A stretch of 64,000 nt of DNA from a phage. The notes under the pieces are model-generated. The model had not been told where the DNA came from and ran no database searches. It saw only the letters and a program-made list of their open reading frames with translations. Position numbers and translations under genes: made by a program. Shown in pieces: positions 56,699-64,000 of this stretch (position 1 is the first letter of the stretch; each line of letters opens with the position of its first letter). Location of the stretch: sequence record PZ496581.1. One strand, written 5' to 3'.

Positions 56699-57003
56699 TA
56701 TAATGTTCTCTCAAATTTGTGGAAGCATTTACGGCATTTCAATTTCAAGTTATCAGTGGTCCAGTTAACCAGTTGGACTTGGATAGTTCCACATTCTGGG
56801 CATGGATGTTTTGCTGCCGATTTGGCAGCATTTTCACGTCGTTCAACCATTTTCATTATTTCGTTCCATGCTGGAGGAACGAACTCTTCTTCACTATGAA
56901 TTTTATCTCGCTGAACAAATTCAATCTTTGAACTATCATCAATAAACTTAACTAAGCCATGATTAGTGTTCATATCAATATCCTCTAAAAGACGTAGTTT
57001 CAT
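56698..57003 (-). CDS. hypothetical zinc-ribbon protein
   Basis: 101 aa; CPECG...CRKC. Confidence 0.45.
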   Translation of the reverse strand: MKLRLLEDIDMNTNHGLVKFIDDSSKIEFVQRDKIHSEEEFVPPAWNEIMKMVERRENAAKSAAKHPCPECGTIQVQLVNWTTDNLKLKCRKCFHKFERTL

Positions 57004-57953
57004 TATAAAACCTCAATGGCATTTCGTAAACCATCCGCTTTTGCATTAAGAGCTTTTAATGATTTAGTTTGTTCTGCAATCTGGGCTTCGACTTCTTTCA
57101 GACGAGATTTGAGATATTCGCGTTCTTCTCTTAAGTTATCAACTTTTTCTACTTTAGGTTCTTTAATAGGCTTAGGTTTATACGTATTAGGGTTCTTCAG
57201 CTTAATTTGAATACGAGAACTGAATAACATTGAACCGTTATCTTCGGTTTCACTATGCATTTCTACCACGTCCATGATTCTTAACATCATGCGAAGTTTA
57301 TAAGACAGCGAACGAATGGTTTTATTGTGCTTCTTAATTTCTTCAGCTTTCATGGTGCCGAGATTACGTGAGTAGTAATAAGGAACCTGAATATCAATTG
57401 ATAATGATGCGGTACCATTACCAGTTGGTTTGAATACTGCAGTAACCCAATCTTTAACATGAACTTTATTTGTACGATCATCGCCACCTGTGAATAATTT
57501 ACAAGAATGTTTAAAAAGCATATTCACTTGGTTATTGAATTCACAAGCAAATTTATCAGCAAATTTAGTTTCAGGAATGGTAGTTAACCAATCAGCCAAA
57601 TGAGTCTTTTTAACATCATTAACAATAGTGAATTCAACCAAATCGGTTTTAGATGTCACAGATTTAATAAAGCTCGGCTTCATAAAGTTTTTAATGTTAT
57701 CGCGAGCTACAGTAGAAGATAATAAACGAGAACGTTTGAACCATTGAAGCAACGTCCCTAACGAATGAGAATACGCATTTTGAGTATCTTTACAGATATG
57801 ATTTTCTTGGCCTATGTATGTACCAAAATCGCGAAGAATACCACTTACTACATCTCGGTGTGGAACATCAAATCCTAATGAACCAGAAGCACGTTGGGCA
57901 TGAACGTTAGCGATAAGACCTGCAAAGTATTCAATGTAATGTGAACGTGTCAT
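57003..57953 (-). CDS. hypothetical protein with C-terminal coiled coil
   Basis: 316 aa; driven by repeated promoter cassette. Confidence 0.5.
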   Translation of the reverse strand: MTRSHYIEYFAGLIANVHAQRASGSLGFDVPHRDVVSGILRDFGTYIGQENHICKDTQNAYSHSLGTLLQWFKRSRLLSSTVARDNIKNFMKPSFIKSVTSKTDLVEFTIVNDVKKTHLADWLTTIPETKFADKFACEFNNQVNMLFKHSCKLFTGGDDRTNKVHVKDWVTAVFKPTGNGTASLSIDIQVPYYYSRNLGTMKAEEIKKHNKTIRSLSYKLRMMLRIMDVVEMHSETEDNGSMLFSSRIQIKLKNPNTYKPKPIKEPKVEKVDNLREEREYLKSRLKEVEAQIAEQTKSLKALNAKADGLRNAIEVL

Positions 57954-57979
57954 AATATTTTCCTCTCGTTAAGATAAAT

Positions 57980-58011
57980 TCATTATACTCCAACCATCCT
58001 TGGTTGTAAAC
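57980..58011 (-). promoter_or_regulatory. sigma70-type early promoter, repeated cassette copy 2
   Basis: Same ~35-nt sequence as 16521..16552. Confidence 0.6.
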
Positions 58012-58015
58012 TATT

Positions 58016-58975
58016 TTATGATTTTAATGCATTCATTGCGTTAAAAAGTTTAGAATACTGCAACTGGAGATTCGTTACAACACTTTGAGCATCACGAAGC
58101 TTAGCTTGTGCTTTGTCAAGTTCAACGGATAGTTGGTCTACAGTGGCCTTGATTTGATTGTAATGGTAATCTTCGGCCGGAAGAAGGTCATTAGAAACAT
58201 TTAGTTTTACTGCAGACAGTTTGCACACATTTGGCAAACCTTTAAACATTGATTTACCCGAAGTAGAATATGCACCTAGAACTTCAGCATTGCCAGTTGG
58301 GGTTGCAGTAATTGACGCTTCGAACGTTGCATTTTCCTTTTTAAGATTTTGATAGTATTCAGAGTCTTTGTGCCACCATGACGCAGGAACCTTTTTACCA
58401 ATAGATACACGAGCCTGGATAGCGATATGGCCCTTATTCTTGATAGGGTCGATAATATTAAGCTCACGAGAATAAATTGCTTTAATCTGGTGGATATTAT
58501 CACCTAAAACTTCCAACGCTTGGTGGAATACACGAGCAACGTTATCATTCTTAGGTTTATACGTAAGAGTGAACTCGTTCTCACTGATAACCATGATTTC
58601 CAACTTATCGTAAGTATATTTCAAATGTTTCATGTTAATTGCTTGAGGACGAATACGAGAAGCAATGGCCATCAGATTGTTAAGGTTATTCCGGAACTGC
58701 TTAGCGAAATATTGTCCTTCACCGCCAATACAAAAATTACGAAGTTTCTGTTTGGCTAATAAACGGCTGAACTCACCATTTTTAATGAACTCTTTAACGG
58801 GTGTGTTAGTAACGCATTCAAATTGAGTAAACTTACGAGAATTAATCCCATAATATGAACAGATTTCCTCAATCTCTTCAGGAGTCTTTACAGGCATACG
58901 GATAGGATTAGGACCTGGGGTATATGCGTTCGAGGTAAATTCTTTGATAAGTTCTCTACGTGTAATAGAAGCCAT
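58016..58975 (-). CDS. hypothetical protein with C-terminal coiled coil
   Basis: 319 aa; driven by repeated promoter cassette. Confidence 0.5.
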   Translation of the reverse strand: MASITRRELIKEFTSNAYTPGPNPIRMPVKTPEEIEEICSYYGINSRKFTQFECVTNTPVKEFIKNGEFSRLLAKQKLRNFCIGGEGQYFAKQFRNNLNNLMAIASRIRPQAINMKHLKYTYDKLEIMVISENEFTLTYKPKNDNVARVFHQALEVLGDNIHQIKAIYSRELNIIDPIKNKGHIAIQARVSIGKKVPASWWHKDSEYYQNLKKENATFEASITATPTGNAEVLGAYSTSGKSMFKGLPNVCKLSAVKLNVSNDLLPAEDYHYNQIKATVDQLSVELDKAQAKLRDAQSVVTNLQLQYSKLFNAMNALKS

Positions 58976-58999
58976 TTTGTGTTCCTCATGTTGAAAAAT

Positions 59000-59031
59000 T
59001 TATTATACTCCAACCATCCTTGGTTGTACAT
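59000..59031 (-). promoter_or_regulatory. sigma70-type early promoter, repeated cassette copy 3
   Basis: Same cassette with ATGTAC -35 variant. Confidence 0.55.
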
Positions 59032-59101
59032 CATTCCTTAAGAAGTTTTACTACTTGAATAAGATTAGCTCGTTCTGTTTTATTTTTACCATTTAAGCCT
59101 G

Positions 59102-59395
59102 CTAATCGTGAGATTTCATCGTCAGAACGTTAAGTTTATTCAGCGCGCTGAAGATTCCATCAGCCATTGATTTTCCATAACCTTTACACGCTTTAATAAG
59201 TGCTCGCGGCAGATTAGTATAGATTTCAGACGGCATATGAAAATCAAATTTACTAGTCAGTAATTGATGAACTTGGATAGCAATTTGCTCATAATTAAGT
59301 GCTCTGCGATCGTTATGGTCTTTAAACCACACTTTAATCTGTGAAGCACATAAACCGTTAATTTCATGTTTTACCGCATCAGATGTAATGCTCAT
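59102..59395 (-). CDS. hypothetical protein
   Basis: 97 aa ORF. Confidence 0.45.
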   Translation of the reverse strand: MSITSDAVKHEINGLCASQIKVWFKDHNDRRALNYEQIAIQVHQLLTSKFDFHMPSEIYTNLPRALIKACKGYGKSMADGIFSALNKLNVLTMKSHD

Positions 59396-59457
59396 AACTA
59401 TTTCCTCAGATTGAATTGGAACTCAAAACCATTATAACCCGTCCTTGGGTAAAGCGT

Positions 59458-59985
59458 TTATGCGTGAACCGTCTTTAAACGTTCTTCAAATTTCCGAAGA
59501 GTACTAATACGTTCTGCTTTCTGTTTTGTATAGTTTGCAATACGTTCTGAAGTGAGAGCGTATCGTTCGTTTACTGTTTCTTTCATGAAGTCAGGGATTT
59601 CACGAGAAGCTTTAATTTCATCAAACTTATCGAGTACTGCCTGGTCTTCAGCAATTAAATTTTCGTACATCTCGATATCTTTCTTGATGAAGTCGATATC
59701 TTCCTGGGTTACTTTGGATAAACGAGATGCTTTATCCTTTTTGTACTGCTCGTTAGTTTCACGAGACCAGAATAATGTACGTTTTTTGTTAGTGTTTTTG
59801 TAGACTTCCACAATTCCAACTGAATCGATGATAACAATCCAATTCCAGCGAGATTTGAAAATCTGACCTCCGTCCACGATAATCTCATTACCATAAGCAA
59901 TGTCATTAAAGAACTTACTTTGTGCTTCAGATTTAAATTTACCGTCGTTATAATTTACCAGGTTGAAAATATCTTTAGCGTTCAT
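59458..59985 (-). CDS. hypothetical protein
   Basis: 175 aa ORF with early promoter. Confidence 0.5.
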   Translation of the reverse strand: MNAKDIFNLVNYNDGKFKSEAQSKFFNDIAYGNEIIVDGGQIFKSRWNWIVIIDSVGIVEVYKNTNKKRTLFWSRETNEQYKKDKASRLSKVTQEDIDFIKKDIEMYENLIAEDQAVLDKFDEIKASREIPDFMKETVNERYALTSERIANYTKQKAERISTLRKFEERLKTVHA

Positions 59986-60011
59986 GTTTTACCTCCAGTA
60001 GTTGATAGGTC

Positions 60012-60041
60012 TATAATAACATAACCATAGACCTTGTAAAC
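60012..60041 (-). promoter_or_regulatory. sigma70-type early promoter in stem-loop
   Basis: GTTTAC -35, TATTAT -10; AGGTCTAT...ATAGACCT. Confidence 0.5.
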
Positions 60042-60043
60042 AG

Positions 60044-60331
60044 CTAAAAGAAACTTTTTTCGGTATTTTTTCCACTGAACCAAACAGACTTCGGTATTTT
60101 CTGTAATTTTTCAGATTTAAGTTTCTCTTCCTTCTCTTTCTTATATACATCCTTGTCGTACTGGAGCATCTCTATGGCATTCTTTTGCAAACGATCTAAG
60201 GTAATTAAGGCTTTAGTTTTTCCTTTCAAGGAAGAGTCCTGGCGAACCTCCTCGCTATATTGCATTGTAGAACTAACCATACGATGAGCATAGAGTTCGA
60301 CTGCGGCTTTAATTTTTTGCATAAAATCCAT
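60044..60331 (-). CDS. hypothetical protein
   Basis: 95 aa ORF; overlaps upstream ORF by ~105 nt. Confidence 0.4.
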   Translation of the reverse strand: MDFMQKIKAAVELYAHRMVSSTMQYSEEVRQDSSLKGKTKALITLDRLQKNAIEMLQYDKDVYKKEKEEKLKSEKLQKIPKSVWFSGKNTEKSFF

Positions 60332-60432
60332 AACATATCCTCTTTGATTTGTACATCATTATTTTTAAATATTTCTATGCCCTCAGTAGGTTCCTGGTGT
60401 CCTTCTTTGAGGTAAGCCATATGATTATTCAT
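60226..60432 (-). CDS. hypothetical protein (possibly N-terminal part of a frame-broken gene)
   Basis: 68 aa; only N-terminal ~30 aa look protein-like. Confidence 0.3.
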   Translation of the reverse strand: MNNHMAYLKEGHQEPTEGIEIFKNNDVQIKEDMLWILCKKLKPQSNSMLIVWLVLQCNIARRFARTLP

Positions 60433-60469
60433 CTTTATAGCTTTTGTTACCTCAGAACTTCCTATAAGC

Positions 60470-61471
60470 TTATTTCAGTAAAGTTACTTCAGAGATTTCC
60501 TCCCAACCATCTTTATCAGTTGAAATAAAATCTGCTACATAAAGAGCCGTACGTAATGATACATTGCGAAGACGAGATACGTTAGCCTTCATCCAGGACA
60601 ATGCTTTATACGTTTCTGCATCCGTCAGACCACGTTTCTGCATCATGTCAGTAGATAATATTACATCTTCAACTCGAACCATAATCTCTTCATTAGAGTG
60701 TACTCCAAGGTCGAGATACACTGAACGAGATACTAAAGCTTGAAGGTGTGGAGCAAGTTTCGAACCCCGTTCTAACTCTTTATCGATATCAACGTTTGTA
60801 ATGAAAACGATAGTACCTTCAAACACAAATTCTTTATCAATACCCTTATCATCGAGATAAGATGACGCAGTGCTCCAACAAACTTTGCGTTTATCTCCGG
60901 TATCTAATGCTGCTTTAAGAAGGTTCAAGATATCCATATCCGAGAATACGTCAACGTCATCGATTAAGAGAACGCTGTCTGCATCACGGTTGAGCCAAAG
61001 TTGTTCGTAAAGGCCAATACCAGAGATTTTACCATTAATGCTTTTGTATTTGATGAAACCATTATCATTAGCATTATTAAGTGCTTTATCCAGAGAATAC
61101 GTCTTACCAATACCAGCTGCACCTGAAATAATGAGTGAACGAATTTTGCCATCGATAATGCCATTCGTCATCATGTTCATTACTTTAAAGCGTTTGTTGA
61201 TACGAGTTTTCATATCTTCAGTGCTTTCAACAACTGCAACTGGTGATGTCTCAACTCCTTCCATTACGATGTCTGATTTGAAGACCCATACTCCACGTTC
61301 AGAACCATCAATCATAACGAAAATTTTACCATCACCTAAGTGGGAACATTCAGGATTAAGCTTTGCTGGGAACCAGGTCTTTGTGGCAACATAAGAACCA
61401 GAGATTTCGTTATTACGATAGATACCTTTTTTGATTTGAACGTTGAACATTTTATTCTCCAATTTACTCAT
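60470..61471 (-). CDS. P-loop ATPase (AAA-like)
   Basis: 333 aa; Walker A ISGAAGIGKTYS, Walker B VLLIDDVD. Confidence 0.55.
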   Translation of the reverse strand: MSKLENKMFNVQIKKGIYRNNEISGSYVATKTWFPAKLNPECSHLGDGKIFVMIDGSERGVWVFKSDIVMEGVETSPVAVVESTEDMKTRINKRFKVMNMMTNGIIDGKIRSLIISGAAGIGKTYSLDKALNNANDNGFIKYKSINGKISGIGLYEQLWLNRDADSVLLIDDVDVFSDMDILNLLKAALDTGDKRKVCWSTASSYLDDKGIDKEFVFEGTIVFITNVDIDKELERGSKLAPHLQALVSRSVYLDLGVHSNEEIMVRVEDVILSTDMMQKRGLTDAETYKALSWMKANVSRLRNVSLRTALYVADFISTDKDGWEEISEVTLLK

Positions 61472-61486
61472 TTCGTTTCGATAGGT

Positions 61487-61517
61487 CTATAATAACATAT
61501 CCTAAAAGCATGTACAC
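61487..61517 (-). promoter_or_regulatory. sigma70-type early promoter
   Basis: GTGTAC -35, TATTAT -10. Confidence 0.5.
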
Positions 61518-61530
61518 TACTTTTTAAAAA

Positions 61531-61563
61531 TATTTTAACCCCCTAAAGGGACCCGAAGGTCCC
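61531..61563 (-). terminator. possible terminator
   Basis: GGGACC-UUCG-GGUCCC hairpin; interrupted U tract. Confidence 0.4.
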
Positions 61564-61568
61564 CACAT

Positions 61569-61834
61569 TTACTTATCGCACTTAGCAACATAATTAGGCA
61601 TATCACAGAATACAGAGCGAGTAACTACTCGGCCCTTTGACCATGCTTCAGTTGCTTGTCCGGCCGTGCTATTAATATAGCTTGATTTAAGTTCTCAATA
61701 CCCTGAGAATGTGATGCATTTACCGAACCATTGGAAGGCCCAGAAGACTGGTTACCACCAGCTCCTGCACCTGTGGTAGCACCAACAGAGAATGCCATCA
61801 TTACTGCGAATAAACCAATTACTAATTTTTTCAT
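61569..61834 (-). CDS. secreted small protein with apparent frame break
   Basis: Signal peptide MKKLVIGLFAVMMAFSVGA; protein-like C-terminus ...TAGQATEAWSKGRVVTRSVFCDMPNYVAKCDK is in another frame. Confidence 0.35.
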
Positions 61835-61865
61835 ATTTACCTCAAGTTAAGGGTTATTTATCTAT

Positions 61866-62852
61866 TTATTTATAGTAAGAATTATGATTTTCGAGATAGA
61901 CTTGCTCAAGGAAATCATCCCAGAAACTCATATCTACTTTTTGTTGCATACCGTTCTTAGCGGCTTGTTCTGACGCATGTTCAACTTGGTCAACGATATC
62001 TTCTAGGAATTCTTGTACAGTTTTAAACGTATGTTTACCAAGCTTAACATCGAGAATAAATGGAGCATCCTGAAGTGGGTAAACCAGGTCGCCGGTTTTG
62101 TAAATTTCCAATAATTGAAGTCCACCACGACATGCATGACTCAATGCTTTCCAGTCAATACCTTCGTTGGCTTCCGCCTTACGAGCACGTTCACCGTAGT
62201 TCTCTTCCAGTTTAACCAGGATGGCATTGAACTCTTTATTGGTTAACGTATCTTGGAATTTACGATCTAACAGATTATAGAATGTTTGCTTACCTGTTTT
62301 CTCGTTTTCGGTTTCAACCCACGAAGCAAATTCACCTACAGGCAGAACATTCTTCATATGTGATAAACGAATTACTGCACCGTTATCAAAGTATTGTCCC
62401 CATTCATTAGAACGTTTAAGGGCTTGACGAAGAACAGCCAGTCGAGAACCCTTGACGCCGTATTTAGAAGCTTGCTTACGGACATACCCTAAATAAGATT
62501 TCATGTTAGTGGTATAGAAACGAGACCTGTTATCTTGAATATACTTCCATACATCAGGCAAATCAGATTTAACTACTAGACTTTGTGGAGTGTGAAGCAT
62601 ATCTAATGCGACGGTTTCACCATCCGCGGCTAGTTTAAAGAAATATTTGAGACTATACAACTCATGGTCCACGTCGTCTTTTGTGTTCTTAGAAGATGTG
62701 TTATTCGTGTTCTTGCTCATGTGTTCTTTAACGTTACCGGTCAAGATATCACGAGCATGAGGGACATAAATTTCTTTAAAATCGACGTCAGATTCAGGAG
62801 TAGACGTTCCATAAAGGTGGCTACCAAAGTAAGCCTTAACAATAGTTTTCAT
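61866..62852 (-). CDS. nucleotidyltransferase-fold protein
   Basis: 328 aa; N-terminal GS...x9...DVD minimal NTase motif (AYFGSHLYGTSTPESDVDF). Confidence 0.5.
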   Translation of the reverse strand: MKTIVKAYFGSHLYGTSTPESDVDFKEIYVPHARDILTGNVKEHMSKNTNNTSSKNTKDDVDHELYSLKYFFKLAADGETVALDMLHTPQSLVVKSDLPDVWKYIQDNRSRFYTTNMKSYLGYVRKQASKYGVKGSRLAVLRQALKRSNEWGQYFDNGAVIRLSHMKNVLPVGEFASWVETENEKTGKQTFYNLLDRKFQDTLTNKEFNAILVKLEENYGERARKAEANEGIDWKALSHACRGGLQLLEIYKTGDLVYPLQDAPFILDVKLGKHTFKTVQEFLEDIVDQVEHASEQAAKNGMQQKVDMSFWDDFLEQVYLENHNSYYK

Positions 62853-63618
62853 TATTCACTTTCCTTTCATAATCTTCAATGAACTGTAATATTAAGCGTT
62901 GGTAATTTGATTTAGGATAACCCATTTTACTAATATGGGTTCCGAAAGCCCCACGCTTAGGTCGATTCAATTTAATCCAAAGTTCGTAAAGCATATCATA
63001 ATCTTCCCAGTGTTTACCAGTTCGTTGTCTAGCTTTAGACGCTTCAGACTGTCTCTTTTTAGTTTCTGGATTATCTAGGGCCTTTTTAACAGCTCTTGAA
63101 TGCCGTTCTTTAACATCATCTCTCTTAAAGGCCTCTTTGATAGCAGTAGATATTTTTGCTTTAACTTCAGGTCTATTCTGTGCCTCTATTTGAGAATCTG
63201 ACATTTTAGCCTTTATCTCAGGGAGGCTCATGGTCGCTGAACGCTTATCACGATATTCTTGTGATTCCCATATATCTTTCATTCTATTAGAGTGAATTTC
63301 TGAAAACTTTTCCCTTACGTCTTTATAGCCTCTTGAGGTTAATTTAAGATTTCGTCCTAAAGCATCTTCGCCTAAATTATAGAACGCCCAGTAAGCGTAA
63401 ATCAATCCGTCGGAGTTTGGGTGAATTTTTGATAATAACCAATGAGCGATAAAATGTTCCCTGGCAGTCAATAAAACTTTATTACTCGGGTCATCACTCC
63501 CTCCAATACATGAAGGGATTATGTGATGGGATTCAGTATAATAATTCAACTCAGACTTATCACTGCCTCTAAGTTTTCCTCGTTGAATTATTGCATCATA
63601 ACATTTGATATAATTCAT
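62836..63618 (-). CDS. HNH homing endonuclease
   Basis: 260 aa; ESHHIIPSCIGGSDDPSNKVLLTAREHFIAH HNH core; repeated basic DNA-binding-like modules. Confidence 0.75.
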   Translation of the reverse strand: MNYIKCYDAIIQRGKLRGSDKSELNYYTESHHIIPSCIGGSDDPSNKVLLTAREHFIAHWLLSKIHPNSDGLIYAYWAFYNLGEDALGRNLKLTSRGYKDVREKFSEIHSNRMKDIWESQEYRDKRSATMSLPEIKAKMSDSQIEAQNRPEVKAKISTAIKEAFKRDDVKERHSRAVKKALDNPETKKRQSEASKARQRTGKHWEDYDMLYELWIKLNRPKRGAFGTHISKMGYPKSNYQRLILQFIEDYERKVNNENYC

Positions 63619-64000
63619 TTGCCTGACTTGTATTCAAGAGTAGGACACACTTTAGCTTTACGAGCTTTTAAAAATTCAACGATAATCGATTTCTTGGGTT
63701 GAATAGGCGCAAGTCCATTTTTAATTCGTTCTTGGTTTTGTGCAATGAGCTCAATTTCTTTATAATATTTTCTGTCGTTATATTTGTCTAACAACCAAGA
63801 CGGACCAATTACCAACCCGGTAGCAATAAAAGCCATGACTGCTACAATTAAAATGCCTACACCAATTGAGGCTGGAACTAATGTCCATAGACTGCTAAAA
63901 ACAAAGAATTTAGTTAAAATTTCCTGGCCAATGATTGTGACTGCTGCTAAAATCGCAAATCCAATAATTGAAGCAGCCAATACCGGGATTAGCGTTTTCC
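63615..64000 (-). CDS. hypothetical membrane protein, 5' end probably beyond window
   Basis: Frame stays open to window edge; two or more TM segments. Confidence 0.4.
   Translation of the reverse strand, partial: KTLIPVLAASIIGFAILAAVTIIGQEILTKFFVFSSLWTLVPASIGVGILIVAVMAFIATGLVIGPSWLLDKYNDRKYYKEIELIAQNQERIKNGLAPIQPKKSIIVEFLKARKAKVCPTLEYKSGK

Noticed and set aside
1-64000. CRISPR arrays, tRNA or rRNA genes
   Set aside because: No regularly spaced direct repeats and no tRNA-like cloverleaf candidates noticed by eye; a tRNA scan would be needed to exclude them.

Overview
This window is a T4-like (Tevenvirinae) myovirus early/middle replication region, AT-rich, with essentially every gene on the minus strand. 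Core gene order is asiA - motA - 52 - ndd - rIIB - rIIA - 39 - dexA - dda - modA/modB - soc - 56 - 61 - sp/imm - dmd - 41 - uvsX - 42 - 43 - regA - 62 - 44 - 45 - 46 - 47 - 55 - nrdG - nrdD - 49 - nrdC, ending in an accessory block with an HNH endonuclease. Soc and the 903-aa gp43 look RB69-like from memory (unverified). The main finding: the canonical T4 glucosyltransferase loci (bgt between uvsX and 42, agt between 47 and 55) are not occupied by glucosyltransferases, while a four-enzyme sugar-nucleotide cassette sits between 42 and 43 and a GT-B-like glycosyltransferase candidate sits between rIIA.1 and 39. Together these suggest a non-glucose (probably arabinose) hypermodification of hmC DNA; this is inference from motifs, not a database result. 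Other observations: about 25 sigma70-type early promoters, many inside inverted repeats and some present as near-identical cassettes; UUCG-tetraloop terminators; apparent frame breaks in rIIA and two other genes; a soc homolog without a canonical start codon; one strong plus-strand small ORF. All protein identifications are from motif recognition and recalled T4 sequences; no searches were run.
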